Assembly: GCA_964247055.1 (NCBI GenBank)
Contig: OZ176053.1
Span: 7,812,001-7,876,000 of the forward strand
Origin: Paragordius varius
Lineage: Eukaryota > Animalia > Nematomorpha
Direction of reading: 5' to 3'
DNA: 64,000 bases
Below are positions 22,816 to 48,058 of this stretch, piece by piece. Under the pieces are notes generated by a model. It had not been told where the DNA came from. It searched no databases and was given only the letters and a program-made list of their open reading frames with translations. Position 1 is the first letter of the stretch, and every line of letters begins with the position of its first letter. Both the position numbers and the translations under genes were made by a program.

Positions 22816-24420
22816 TTATAAAGGAGATATGTCATTAAGGGGATTAAAAGGTTTCGGTTTTGAAGTGATAGGTGTCAATGGATCCATATTTCCATAAAAG
22901 GTGGTTAAATAGTTTAAATATATTTGATTATTTTTTTTTGCAGTTGGGGTAAAACACAAGGGATTTTTATGAAGTGTATTTTTAGCCATAACTCCTGGAA
23001 CAGATAGGAATTCGGTTTGTGCATGATTTCCATTAGAATCACCATGTGACATTTGTGGTTTTTGTAGAGTCCAAATTTTAAGTGTTTCATCCGAAGATAT
23101 AACGGCCAGATGGGTTAGATTGTTAGATACAGAGGATGAAATGATATATGGAAACGTGTTTTCATAATCAGTAAATGGTGTAGTCGGTCGATGAAGCTTT
23201 GCGTCAAAAATTTGTATCTCCTTAATTTTGGTCAAAACCTTATTATGTTTTACGTCTGAAAAATGGGATGGACTATTTCTATGCAAATTGATACCATTAT
23301 CTAATTTATGTGACATCTCATTAGGAGAATGATTGAGTATCTTTTTATTATAATTATGAGACACATCGTGTTGCGATAATTTGTAAGACCCCTTCATGAT
23401 CATATCCATTTCACATTGTGACAAATTGGATGTTTGATGCTCCCTCCAATACCTAATGCCGCTACATATCTTTGTCTTGTTCCGCATTTTAATTTTGTGA
23501 TTACGATGGAAAGTGAAAAGGGATAAAACATCTACTGTGCCATTATCATTGGTCTCAATGGTTAATTTGGGTATATAGATGATATCAAACAAGGGGTTAT
23601 CAAACAAATATAAAGACATAATTCTTAATTGGTGTGGTTGAATTAAGCGAAAAGTCACAAAATAAGAATTGAGAAAATAACCGGCATCATCAAAAGAATC
23701 AAAAATAATGCTAAAATCCTTTAAATGCCACTTACTCCAATAACATCCAATTATTACAATAAATTTGTCGCACAAAAAATAATTGGAAAGTTTGTGCATA
23801 TCATCAAATTTAAAATTGTGCGCAAAATTATATTTACTAAAATCATATTTTAGAAATAAATTATTATTTTCGACGAAAAGAAAGGAATCATCTTGATTAT
23901 TATAATCATAATATATATTAGGTGATGATAATTTGTAAAATGAGTAGGAGCTACGTAATTTTAAATTATAAGACTTCATATAATCGTTAAATGTGTAAAT
24001 TATGTTATTTTTAATGCAAACTATTGATGAGTTCATAGCTGTATCAATAAAATTAATTACAGCGTTTTCTAAATTATTTTCAAATTTAATCTTATAAACC
24101 TGAAAAACAGATGATTTCAAAACCAAAATTAATTGTAAGTAAGGTCCCCATAAAATATTTAATATGTCATGGTCAAATTTTTGAATATTTACAACCAACT
24201 CCTTTTCTGCATTCCATATATAAATTTGATTTTTTAGCGCAATAGCAAGTATATTATTTAAGGATTCATTCCATGCTAAAATATGTTGAGCAGAGTTATA
24301 AGCATCGACAGCATCTAACGTTTTGTAATTGTCAGATATTTTCAGCTCTTCAAGATTTTTTTGAATTTTTGCATCAGATTTGAATATCCCACCAGAAGGG
24401 CTTTTGTTCTTGACCAGCAT
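22816..24420 (-). CDS. Intronless Cdc20/Fizzy-family WD40 protein, degenerate (534 aa)
   Basis: Single ORF. N-terminal TLDAVDAYNS..ILAWNESLNNILAIALKNQIYIWNA matches the first Cdc20 WD repeat ([37 protein letters not shown]). LAVISSDETLKIW matches the last repeat (VASAAADETLRLW). The middle repeats are poorly recognisable. Confidence 0.7.
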   Translation of the reverse strand: MLVKNKSPSGGIFKSDAKIQKNLEELKISDNYKTLDAVDAYNSAQHILAWNESLNNILAIALKNQIYIWNAEKELVVNIQKFDHDILNILWGPYLQLILVLKSSVFQVYKIKFENNLENAVINFIDTAMNSSIVCIKNNIIYTFNDYMKSYNLKLRSSYSFYKLSSPNIYYDYNNQDDSFLFVENNNLFLKYDFSKYNFAHNFKFDDMHKLSNYFLCDKFIVIIGCYWSKWHLKDFSIIFDSFDDAGYFLNSYFVTFRLIQPHQLRIMSLYLFDNPLFDIIYIPKLTIETNDNGTVDVLSLFTFHRNHKIKMRNKTKICSGIRYWREHQTSNLSQCEMDMIMKGSYKLSQHDVSHNYNKKILNHSPNEMSHKLDNGINLHRNSPSHFSDVKHNKVLTKIKEIQIFDAKLHRPTTPFTDYENTFPYIISSSVSNNLTHLAVISSDETLKIWTLQKPQMSHGDSNGNHAQTEFLSVPGVMAKNTLHKNPLCFTPTAKKNNQIYLNYLTTFYGNMDPLTPITSKPKPFNPLNDISPL

Positions 24421-24443
24421 TTAAACATATGCCTACGTAACAA

Positions 24444-35166
<10,723 letters not shown>

Positions 35167-36175
35167 AATGTGTCAATATTATATATATTTTTTACACAAG
35201 CATAGACAATATTATTATATTATAATAGCAAATTTAATATATGTACACAATAAATTATCTTTATTTACTTTATAATCAAAGAGAGCTTCTATTCTAAAAT
35301 TGTTAATGGTATAATTAGGGTCGAACCGGAACCTTTTAAAATTTGCCTTTCAATTAAATAGTTTTTTGCACTTAAATATGTAATATGAAAAAATACCCAC
35401 AATGATTCTGGTTTTAACAAACAGTTTGTTTTTATGCAAAGGATCGTTTTTGCCACATTATTAGCGGTTTATGTTGCTTTTATAGTTTTAAAAATATTTA
35501 TTATAATAGAACCCGAGATATTTTTCAGGGTCCTATGATCGAATTTGTTTTTAATAATGATTTTCAGTAGCAATTATAGTTGACGTTTGGAAAATCGGTT
35601 TTTTGCTGCTATTTGATTCCAATTTGTTGTAAGAGACAACTGTTTAGGAGCGACGGTTGTCGAGATTTATAACGGTTTAAATGTAATTAAATAGCAAGGG
35701 TGTTCCTAAAGTTTGTCTTTTAACACTTCTATTAGGTCCTTGATAAAATTATTGTTTGTTCAAAATGTATCAAAACAAAAATATTTAAAATGTTGATTTT
35801 AAAAAAACGGGATTAAAATAGATTAAAAAAATAAATTCAATAAAGTATGGTTGCACAGGAGAACGCTTTAGGACCAATTTGAAGTCAGTTCAAATGGTAT
35901 ATTACGAAAATATTTAAAAAAGATATAGACTTTTTATAGCCTTTTCATGATTAGCTTATAGAATAAAATAGAAGTATTTATTTCATTTGTAAATATCACA
36001 AATTTAAATAAAAATGTGCAGAATATGGAAATGGTGAATTATAAGGATAATTTTTTAAAAAGATAGATTATTTATTGGCGATTTCCTTCCATTTTATCAA
36101 ATTTTGCTTGATATAAGCATTCCAGGGGGTATTTTTTAGTCTATTACAAAAAATTATAGTTGAAAATTAAATATA

Positions 36176-37380
36176 ATATATATATAAAATGGAAAATGCT
36201 GGCTTTGTGATCTGTTTTCGGAAAACCGGTAGACCTATTCAAATCCAAATGTCGAAAAAATACAATCATGCCCTTTTTTTAATTAGGCTCCCAGTTCGGG
36301 CCCACTGCTTGTAAAAACGGTTTTTTTAAAAAATACAAGTCCACAAAAATCGTGTCTTTGAGACAGTTTTCCAGAAAACGTGTTGGACCATTCGATTAAA
36401 AATGATTTTTTACTTATTTTCGATTGCGCCGAACATAGTCGGATCGCTTTTTTAATTTAAGTCCTCTTTTTGCCCGTTTCCCCCGTAAAATGTCATCTTA
36501 GTCCACAAAAATAATTTTTTGAATCTATTTTTCGCCCAAGGTATAGACCGTAAAAATTCGATCAAAAATTTTAGTCATGCGTTTTTTATATTGGCTGCTG
36601 GTTAAAGAAATACCCGCTAAAAACTGCCCGTCAAATCAAGATAGCGTGACTTTAGGACTAAATTTCATAAAATCTATCAGGCCATATGAGTTCAATATGT
36701 ACTTAAAATATTACCCGTAAAAAGGCAAAAATATACGTCGTGGTTTTTTAAAATTAGCCGTTAATTAGGCCTTTCATGCCCTTGAAAATGCGCCACCATA
36801 GAAAGATTTTTCAGTTTTGAGGCAATTTTAATAACTAACCAGAGCATATGGAATAAATTATGATTCCAGGTATTCTCAGTAAAAAGCCAAAAAATTTCAT
36901 CAAGCGCTATTTTATCAGCGTCTGGGTAGGGAGATACCCGTCTAGAACTGCCCCACCATATCGAAATTGCGTTGTTTAGGAGTTAATTTTCAGAAAACTT
37001 ATCAGGCCATATAACTTTAATAAGGGTATGAAATATTAAAAAGTAAAAATTTAAGTCGAGCGGTTTTTGTAAATTAGGCGTAATTAGGCCCTTTACGCCC
37101 TATAAAATGCGTTCATTGAACTATTTTTTAGTTTTGAAGCTATTCCAAAACTAATAAGAACATATGGAATGAATGATGATATCAGGTAGTCCCCTATAAA
37201 GGCAAAAATTTTAATCGAGCGTTTTTTGTTTCGCCCCTGTCCGTAAAACTGCGTTACCATATCGATACAGTATGCCTTTGGAGCCAAATTTCAAAAAACT
37301 TATGAGACTATGTGACTCTAATAAGGGCCTAAAATATTTATTACCCCTTAAAAACAAATATTTTAGTATAGGGGGTAATT
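36176..37380 (+). mobile_element. Second, 3'-divergent copy of the same Helitron-like repeat
   Basis: Reverse complement aligns with ~5222-6415 (e.g. aaaatggaaaatgctggctttg...agacctattcaaatccaaatgtc); no terminal hairpin/CTRR seen. Confidence 0.65.
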
Positions 37381-37969
37381 TTTTATCTTAATATTTAAGT
37401 TATTAATTAGGCCCAAATTAAAAATATGCTTTCTGTAGCCTTTTAGGCGCTAATACGAAAATTTTTTAAAAAACCTCATCTTAAACTTTTGCGCCGTCAT
37501 TTTTTTATATTTTTTAAATTGCTAATATAATAGGCAAATAAATGTATATTATGGTAAACAAATTTAAAAAAAAACTCAAACTTTCTTGCATTTTACCAGC
37601 AAAAACTCGGTATTAATGGATTTTAAAATCAGCTGTTTATTCAATCATGTTTTAGAGTCCTAATTTCACTCTCTAGAAGTTACGAAACTGTAAAAACTAT
37701 AACCTTTTCTATCTAACCAAGAGAACAATGTTTGATAATTATGACACAATAACTCTCAAAAGTAGTTTATTTATAAGATTGAGCTCTGTGATATAAAGCT
37801 ACTCTAAAATGTCACGGCGAACAAAAAGGTCATGAGGTGTTAAGCATTCCTAGATTTTCCCATTTAAGAGAACACAAATTTTCAGAATACATACAATGCT
37901 AATGATTCTTATTAAAATTTGTTTAAAGATTTTTGTGAACATCATCTCATTAATATAAATTAATTTTAC

Positions 37970-40900
37970 TTTTTTTCGACGTTTATACCGCTTGTTGAAC
38001 ATAACATTTCCGACAAACCAGTTTCTGTACTTTTCATTTTGCGAGAGGGACGGCCTCTTTCCAATTTTTGTTTTTCTTCGTTGATGCTGTGAATCTTATC
38101 CTTGTAAGTTAAAATTGATTCCATCATGGCCTCCAACACCTGAAAACACGGTTCCACAATGAATGTGATAAAGCCTAATTTAATTACACATTTTTATAAT
38201 GTTTCTTTTGTAAGTTTGCGTTTAAGGAAACTTAACAAAAGTAATTACAATAGTAAAAATACATTTGTAAAGACTAAACATAAAAATTAAAAAATCAACG
38301 TAAAGAAGGGATGTTTTTCGATATACTTGGTTTTTTCTCTATAAATTTAAAATTATGATACCAATTTACAGTCATGTATATCGTGTTTCTAATAAACGTG
38401 TGTAATTGTTTTCTTTCATTTTATATATGTACCTAAACAATGCATATGCTATAATTAGCTATTTAAGACTTAATTATGCACGCGTTGAAAAGTTGTCATA
38501 ACAATATTATAACGCGTACGAAAACAAATCTAGGCATTCCCTGTACATCTCAATTCCCTATCTAGCAACTGACGATAAGGTTTTTTAAAAGTCATAGTTT
38601 AGAAATCTGGTTTTCTAATCTTGATTGTTTGCTCTTTCGTTTTATTTTATTTTTTATTTTAATTAATTACTATCATTTTTTTTCTATAAATATTAAAAGA
38701 TCAAGACAGGATTGTTATTTGAATGTAAAAATAAATTTTAGGATAATCTGGTCATTAAATACCAATTTGGGATTCAGGCACCAAGGTAGTTGTTCTATCA
38801 CATAGAGGCGAATACGATAAACCAAGTTCCAATTCCTTGTCTCCCTGTTAAAAATTAACACACTTATTAAGCATATATGAAAAAACGGTAAAAAATGAGA
38901 TTAATTATATGGACAAAACAATTATTTTTCAAACCGCTGAACTAAATTTGATTATTTTATTCATTGTTTGAATTGCAAAGTATGAATTAGAGATGATAGG
39001 GCAATCCACTCAATGTAGTTTACAAAAAATAAATAATTTATAAGGGAAAGTTAAGGTTTATAAAATACGGTTGTCTTTTGTAAAAAAATTGTCTATACTA
39101 CGTTTTGTGTGCATAAATTTTTACTGTATGATATTTTCTGGATTTTCTTTTCAATAAATTAACAACTTGTATGATGTTTTTTTTTCATTTATGTTATACT
39201 TGTGTAAAAAATTCTTGGTTAAGAGCTTGAGTCCATTTTGCGTGGAAAGGCCAAGGTTTACAGGGGTGGCTTATGTCGGCAGAATGTAGGATTAAGGAAA
39301 GAGCTTTCGCTTTGTCTATGCTGTGAAAAATTAAAGTTAATTGTTTGAAGTGGTAAAATATTAATAATTTATTTTTATTACTATTCTGGAAGTGCCAATA
39401 GGTGTTTTATTGTTTTAACTTGTTGAAAATGTGAAGACATATCAGTAGCAAGCACCATGTCGATAACTAATGTCCGGAATTCTCTGGATATTACAAAATT
39501 TTATATTTACCTTGTTATAATAATTAAAGGATGTTTTCGATATTATTTTTTTCATGCTGAGTAATTGTATATTTGACGCTTTTGTTTAATAATTTACACC
39601 AAAATATATTTAATATGAAAGGAGTTACTAAGTTAGATAAACATCCAAATAAATTTATTATAAATTTAAAACAAAAACCTGTATTCATCGGGAGTTAAGC
39701 CATCAAGGATAGTAGTTTCACATTGACGCATAATTTTAAAAGTCGAGCTTAAATGATAATTCTCCAAGATTGATTTATCATTGTATACCAAAGCTAATTC
39801 CGAACTATTTATACACATAATATAAAGAATTTGGTTTTTAGGATCTAATTTCTGTAAAATTTACAAAATATATGATGTTTACTTTGTTTTAATGTGATAG
39901 TTGTTTGTGGTCCCTGTATGTTCATAATCATGTATCATTGCTGCAACTAAACATCCAAATTTTTCCAGGTCTGTCAATGTTTCCTGTTAAAATTATCAAT
40001 CAAACAATATATATATAATTTTTGATGGGTAAATATTTTAACTGATTGAGTAAATTTTAAAGACATGGGCAATTTTAAAAACATTTTTATATTAAAAAAA
40101 ACCAAACAAATGTATTAAGGCATGCGTAGTGTGAAATAAAGAGTTATAAAAAATGTTTTATTTCATATTGTTTAATTAAACATGTATTCTGGTTTTATTG
40201 AGGAGGTAAAACACAGTTTGGACAACATCAGCACCATGGACAATATTATGATACGAGTTTGAATACTTTTGATAACCAACCATTAATTGGCCCAAAAAAT
40301 TTTCAAAATGACGCATTGATATCTAACACAACGAAAAAAATAATGATAACAATATATACTGATGATAATATTTTTTGATAATAGAATACATTTTTTTATA
40401 AAAACCTTTAAGGTTTATTTAATTTATAAGTAGGGTTCGAGAACCGTTTTTAATCAGGAATGCGGTATCAATTTTTTATTTTGATATAGCTTTTTTATAA
40501 TTGTTTTATATATTTTAACTTAATATAGAGTTTTTCGCTAAGAAAAGCAGCAAAATTGAAAATAAAATTTGTGGTTCTAATATATAATGCAAATTTCAAA
40601 TCAAAGACATTTGTTTAAATATGAAATCAATTTACCCCCATACGTTATCTAAAATAAATATATGTAAACAGTGACAGTATATATAACTTAAAGCGGAATC
40701 ATATTTAAATTAAAACTGCCGATATTGTTTCAATTTTTTAATTTTCAAATTTTTTCTTGGGGTTATTCAAATTTTTAATAGTTAAGAGGTATTTATCATC
40801 ATAACCATTAAAGGTTTGTATCTTGTTAAAAAATTAATAATAAAAATAAATTTTTATTTTAATTTTTGGTGTCTAATCACCCAAAATCGTGAAATTAAAA

Positions 40901-41713
40901 TATTACGAATATTATGTATGTTTGTGAACAATTTTTAGGAAAATGATCCTTAAGCTATATGTTTTAAATAATTTACATTAACGGTATCAAAATATTTGAA
41001 ATTCTTCGCACCTCAAAAATTAACAATCTAACGATTTACTCGTTTATTATAATATCAATAAAACCATGGCTAAATCTATAAAGAATTTAGAATTACAATT
41101 AGGGTTACCCTTTGATAAAAGAAAATAAACTATACCATATAGTTATTGATAATATAATAAAAACAAATATCTGCATGTTTCCGCCTCGGAAAATTATATC
41201 CAAATGCATTTTTATGTAAATTTATTTAAATCATGAAACCTGATCATAATAAATGCAATTTAATGCATATATACTCTAAACTAAATTATAAAAATGATAA
41301 TGATAAACAAAACCAACCTTAGGATTGACAACACTTGAATTGCACCACATTAACTTTATCACGCTAAAAATCCATTACCATAAATAATATCCTTTTTTCA
41401 TCATTTAAATTATTGACTCTGTCATTATGTCAACCAAAAATTTAAATACCATCTCACCATATACATACATACAATTAACATTTATATACATTTCATATTT
41501 AATTCTTTGTAAAACCAAGAGAGACAGAGACTGTTTCAAAATGAAAACTATATCAACTATTTCAATATATAATTATTTTTGTCAACTATTGTACCTTATT
41601 ATTGCAATTGCCATTAATTTTTTAAAAAATACATACACAAATAAAAAAGTGACAGAAATACGTAAAAAATCATTTTTTATAATAATATTGTTATTATTAT
41701 TATAAATATATAC

Positions 41714-41752
<39 letters not shown>

Positions 41753-44240
41753 TTATATTCCCACTAACCTTGAATCTATTAATGAGATCAAATTTATTTA
41801 ACACTTCGATACTGATGTACCTTAGCGACTGTTCATTGCTGGCCTCATGTAGTGCAAACACATCAAAATCCCATTCATTAATTTTCTTTATCATTGTATA
41901 TATCAATTAAATTTAATATTTAATCAAATTTTAATAAAAAGGCGCAAAACATAAAAACATTTTCTAACATGACAATTAGCAAAAGATTGTCTGTAATTTA
42001 TTTGGGATATTTTAACTTTTACAATTTTAAGTCTGTATTTCACAATTCTAATCGCGGGTATCGCTAAAATCTAAAATTTACTTTTTTAAATATAACTTTA
42101 ACATGAAATTTTTATAGCGAATAATAATCGCTACTTAATAAAATTAGGCGTAAAGAAAGATCTAAACGTTAATAAAATATTTAAGTTATTTTACAAAACC
42201 ATTTTTGTCAATTTCAATAATTTTATGTTTTGGATTTCTATAAACATTGTCGATTCAAATTGGGATATCTAGGGACCCCAAACTATATACAAGATATTTA
42301 AAAACTACCGACAGAAACGGCTTCAATTAAATTTATGCTTCCATTCTATATAAATAAGCCAAAATATCTAAATAAAATTTAATTTTGAAAAAAAAGTTCA
42401 ATATAAAACTACTTCGATGCCATGATTATTTTACAACATTTGCACAAAATATCTTGTTTATTTGATTCTAATGCTAAATTATAACTTATTTTTATTCAAA
42501 TTACATCTAACATTGATATAAACAGAAAAAGCGGTTTATTTTGCCTAATGTACAGATGTCATATTGACTAAATTTTTACCTTTAGGGTTTTCCATAAAAT
42601 AAGCACCCAAGTTTTTTTTAAAATAAATCTTTTTTTTATATTTCGGTGTACCAATCTTATACAAGTGCAAACTTTTGCAATGGTTTCAATTTTCTCGATA
42701 TTTTTAGAAACATTTGATTTTAAACAGGCCCCTAGGGTCCCCAAAGACCCCACTTTGAATCGGAGGACTGAAATGAATGTGTTGTATCCAAGTGTTAACA
42801 AAAAAATATATATGTTTTAGAGAAGATAAATTTAATAATACTTTGAGGCATTGCATCACAGGAGTTGCAATATGTAAATTTGCCACTGATGTTTTTCTAT
42901 ATAATCTGACACAGAAATATAATTAATTTCTAATTTATATTATTGGTAAATACAAATAGATACACTACTGTATATTTGTTTCCTTTTGGGTATGATTCTG
43001 ACGAATAGAAATTAATTAATTTTCAAAAAAATCACAAATATTAATACAAATAAATTTCGAATTTATAAAGAATTTTGGTTTGATTTATAATTATCAAAAA
43101 AATTATTTAAAATAATTTCAAGTGCTGTCGGATAAACCATGACATATATAAAATTTTTATGTTACAGCTAATGTGTGCGCTATTTAATGTTGTTTATCTA
43201 AGAAACAAATATGGATATAAGTTTAAGCCGTATATCCTTATGCAATTATATTACAATATGGCATCTAATGTATTAGGATTTTCTTATTTTAAAAAAATAA
43301 AGTTGCGAGATTAGCAGTAGTTTCAAAATAAAATGTATCCTCCAATATATATTAGCGTTAATTGGCCATAAAGAAAAGTAAAAAAACAAAGATTTTGATA
43401 ACGAAAATGCGATTATTTAACTCAAAATTGATAAAAATAATTATGGAATATTTATTGATTATTTTATTCACATACTTATCTACTAAGATGCCGACACGGA
43501 TTACATTAGCGATGCTTTTAAACTTTCGTTTGTGATTTTCCTGACCAGACGCCATTTTAGTGGTAAAAGTTGATGATAACCAATCTTTAACTTCTTCAGG
43601 AACAGCCTCGAGTTTAGGATCAAAAACTACCTCCTCTTCGCCAAACAACATCCTTAAAATTCAAGTAATCAATAAAAAATATCAGCTCCATTGAGAAATG
43701 TTTTAGAATATTTGGGTATTTTAAAGGATTTAGAAAAAAATACTTTTTTTCATAAGCATATGCCTTATCCAATGCTGTTATCGCCGTATTAATAATATCT
43801 TTAAATGTGATCGGATCCACTTGTACGTCGGAAGTTTCAAGTACTGTCAAAACATTTCGCAATCTAGGGCATTATATTAACATTTTTACAGGGTATAGAA
43901 TTATATATACGTGAAAATGCGGTAGTTTAGGGCTCAACTATACCCAAAAAATAAAAAAGAGAACTAAATTCAATCAACACAATGCAAAAAAATTAAAAAG
44001 CCCACACCCCCTGCGTTCCCTAGTACCGCCATTGTCAGATTTTTTTACCTGAACGAAAGGGTGAAAATGCCCCATTTACTTCATTATTTTTAAACTGTGA
44101 ATTATTGACGTTTTTTAACCATATATATGTGAAAAGAGAGAAAATGGTACTTACTGTTCTCCACTTTGTTGACACAACTTGAGGGATTCAGACAAAAGTT
44201 CGGAATCCTTTGTTATATTTGCGGTTGATGGGCCGCTCAT
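37970..44240 (-). CDS. PDE1: Ca2+/calmodulin-dependent cyclic nucleotide phosphodiesterase (PDE1 family); terminal exon unresolved (~37800-37970)
   Basis: Exons approx. 44240-44155, 43863-43744, 43652-43476, 42905-42842, 41885-41769, 40322-40182, 39983-39883, 39804-39679, 39483-39382, 39320-39200, 38844-38763, 38174-37970. Motifs: VPEEVKDWLSSTFT, CaM-binding RKFKSIANVIRVGILVDKLYRKT, YHNIVHGADV, MIHDYEHTGTTNN, YNDKSILENYH, LATDMSSHF, HSADISHP, EFFTQGDKELELGL, SQIGFITFIVEP. Confidence 0.92.
42245..42794 (-). mobile_element. piggyBac-like MITE copy (PDE1 intron)
   Basis: Reverse-complement similarity to the family; ends ccaAGTG|TTAA at 42794. Confidence 0.7.
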
Positions 44241-46475
44241 TTTTGTATTATGTTTTTTTGTCAATCAGATTTTTACACAAGCATCAGAGAAGAGTAAATT
44301 TTGTAAGGAATATAAAAAGTTTTTATCTTATCTTTGTTAAAAATTGAATAAAAAGGCTCAATTGTATATAATAGGGATATTTAGGGAGAGGTATGTATGT
44401 CTGTTATTATTTGTGCGTTGACAGAAAATTAGATAGACCAACAACTAACTAACTAGCCATCAGCGCAAACAGATTAAACCACAAATATGGGATAATATGA
44501 AGTGAGCACGTGACACTAATTGCCAGGACGACATAATGTAAAAAATTGTTAGGTTATTACGGTTAAAGCTAAACTATTTTGTTGTCCCTTTCCAAGTGGA
44601 TTGTGATTAATAAAGTACAATACTCTTTAAATTATTTATTAGTTTTTACGTATACATTTTTTCGATGTTTGCTAAAAAAATGATATATAATTAATTGAAA
44701 CGAAAATTAGTCGGATAATATAATAGTGTTGGGGTTTCATGGTTGTATGTATATCACAAAATTTGGAATAATATGATTGTATCAATTGATGCAACGCAGT
44801 TTTAATTATATAGGTAATTTTTGTAATATGGCAATAAATATAGAAGTTTGACGCATCAGAAAGATAAATTTTCATTTATTATAATAAAAAACAAAAATCA
44901 AAAAAAGAAGATAATTTAATTATCTGAAATAGTAGCACAAAGTAAAAAGCATTTCATTAATAAAACTATTTTGGATGATAGATATAAAGCAAAAAAGTAT
45001 AGGCTTTAACTTTGCCATACAAAATAAATAAAGATAATTACACAGATAAGTTAGTGTAGTTATCAAGGTGTGTGTTGTGAAGATCAATAAAATATGGATT
45101 TTTATATTTTTTATAAATATAGTATTATCCAAATATAAAATTATTATTTATCTCTTTGTAACTTTCAAATGGTTAAATTTTTTATTGTGTTTAATTTTTT
45201 TATCATTTTTAAATGCATTGATGGCAACGGTGAAATTAATAATGAGATCTAACACCTTTATGTATTATTATTATATATCACAAAGGTAATGCATTAAAAA
45301 TGCTTTCAATGTAATGAATTGTTTTAATTTCACAGGTTAGAAAAACATTTAACGATAAAACCTATATTTATTAACAGCGGGAGCCGCTTATAACTAAAAA
45401 AATATCCAAAAAAGATATAATTTAAAATTTTTTATAGTATGCGAATCAAATTTTATGGATTTATTAGGGTTTGCAATTTATTTTACCGATAGATGGCACT
45501 AGAAGACGGCATGTCTGACAAGCCTATAGTCTGTTTTAGTTTTATATTTTTGTATAAATTTTACTATAAAAAATTAAAAAAAATATTAAACCAGCTTTTA
45601 TTTAGATCAGTGACAAAATTACAACTTTTTATTCGTGGTAATAATTTAAATTTAGGGCCTTTTGCAAAATGATTCATTCCATTAAAAGACAAAACAGGCT
45701 CATATTTCCGCCACTAGTCTGAAGAAGTTTTGTGTAACCGGAAATCCTTCCATCTTTGCAAGATTTACTGGAGTAATATGATTTTAAGATAAAAATTATT
45801 TTTAGAAAAATAAAAATTGAAGCAACCAGTTATTTCCTTTATGATGAATAAAATAAAGAATATTTAAGTAATCAACACAAATTAATGCTGACCGAATCCT
45901 TAATATGCAACCAATCTTTGGGAAGAAAAAGGAAACTGCAAAAGGTTATTTTGCTGTCACATAGAGATTAAATCCGTTTTGTGAAAATTTTTTATCCAAA
46001 ACAATTTTCCCAGAACTGTTTTAGGCCTCGGATGCCATCATTTATATTTTTATTTGTTTCGATACAGAAATGACCCAATAAGCGATATTTACATTTTTTA
46101 GTATCCGATTTTCAAGTGAAGTATTTAAGGTGTAGAGAAGAAAGGAAAAGTCTTATACTCTTGTCAAAAATATTTGCTATTTAAATTGGCTAAAAAACCT
46201 AAAAAAATCGAAATGTTTTACCTGATAGAACATTTTATATACGATACAAATTAAATTTTTGTCAGATTATATCACGCATCTTACAATAGAATATCAAATC
46301 TCGTTATTAAGATCCTTTTATTATACATAATAATTTGGCTATACCTGTTTCACAAATTCGATGTTAAAGTTAAAATTGTTAACCCATAAATTTATATCAC
46401 TATTCATTTACATGGTATCATTAGATTTGAATTTTAAATATTTAACAGTATATGAGAACTTAATTATGTTATTAA

Positions 46476-46520
<45 letters not shown>

Positions 46521-46713
46521 CTTAAAAATTAAAATATTAAACTTGTTTAAAATTAAAACTTGATCATATTTTTATACACAATAATTAGAACTGATTTCTA
46601 TGAAAAATTATTCCTGAATAATAATGTTTCTAATCCTAAAATAAGGCATGAGGATAGGAAAAGGTCAAAAAAGAATATGTATTGAAGTTAGCTAATTAAT
46701 TTTATATAACGCG

Positions 46714-47460
46714 AGACAACAAATTTTGTTTTTTAACTGCAATTTTTAAAAATTTTAATTCATTAAAGTACACAATAGTGAATCTGAAAAAATTGGCCAA
46801 ACACTTAAAATTTTTTTATTAGGGTTTATTGAAAAATTTCGGACCCGATTTAACATTGAACTCGGAATTTGAAAAATTAACAGTTTTAGATATAGAGCCT
46901 GCATTTTATATCATTCGAAAGAGCGCGAAAGACTGAATCTTTATAGTTTGTCATTTAAATCAATATGATGTAAAAGTTATTTAAATTTATTAGGTCAAAA
47001 TTTTCAAATCAAATATAAGTCAAAATTTTTCCAAACAAACTAATTTAAAAATTATATAAATTATTTTAGTATATACGGTTACATTATTATAAAAATTTTA
47101 CTTTTTTAAACTTGCCATCAACACAAAGCTTGAACTAATTTTATCCATTTATAAAATATATTAATTAGGAAAAAATCGCGGGTTTGTCGCTTCCTATGTC
47201 CAATATCAACCATCGATGCAAAAATTAGTATGTATTTTATAGAGTTTCCATTACTCTTTCGAATGATGTATACAAATGAGCATTTGTTGTCTATTCAAAG
47301 AAAAAAATTTTAAGTAAAATTTTGATAAAGAGGGCGAATAATCATAAAAAATAAATTATAAAAAATTCTTAAATGGAATCATAATTTTTATTTTATATTA
47401 CTGTTAAAATGAAAGTAAATATCAGAAAAAAACTCAAGTGGCAGAAAAATTTTCTGTCTA
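46714..47460. mobile_element. MITE-like dispersed repeat (imperfect TIR ~AGACAACAAATTTT)
   Basis: Collinear with 59961-60290 and 61285-61637. Confidence 0.6.
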
Positions 47461-47538
47461 CTTTAACTTAGGAAAAACTAAATCCATAAAAAAAATAATG
47501 CAAATTTTTCAAACTGAATATTTTGTGTAACCATTTAA

Positions 47539-48058
47539 CACTTGGATACAACATATTCATTTGAGTCCTTTGATACAAATTGGGATAGTTGGCCCCAAGC
47601 CTGTTAATATTCAATAATACATAAAATAAATCATGAATTGAAACCATGGTAAAAATTTGCACATTTATAACATTAATGAACCGAAATATATAAAGTTCAT
47701 AGAAAGATAATTGATATTACTTATTTTAAGGTAAAACCTCAATAAAGGTTTTGTCAGCATGACATGTGTGCATTAGCTAAATGCAAAAATAATACATAAT
47801 AAACCACTTTTTTTGTTTTCTATAATGTTAGACGTGATTTAAATGAAAATTAGCTTTGAAAAAATGTTGTAAAATAAAAATGGCGCCTAAGTAGTTTGAT
47901 ATGGAATTTTTCGAATTTAAATTTTCGGCTTCTTTATATAATTTTTATTAGGATAGAAGCGTAAATTTAAATTAGGGCCGTTTCTTTCAGTAGTTTATTA
48001 ATAATTTCAACTTAAATATAGTCTGGGGTATTTAGATACCCCAATTTGAGTCGAAATG
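47539..48058 (+). mobile_element. piggyBac-like MITE copy
   Basis: TTAA|CACTTGGATAC start; right end gtctggggtatttagatacccc present, terminal bases degenerate. Confidence 0.7.

Noticed and set aside
41318-41365. Exon-like segment (AG...AAG|GTTGGT) in a PDE1 intron
   Set aside because: The flanking exons join in phase 0 and give a continuous PDE1 alignment without it; no homology.
45485-45505. TAGATGGCAC, resembling a CTCF-type motif
   Set aside because: Partial match only, with no supporting context.
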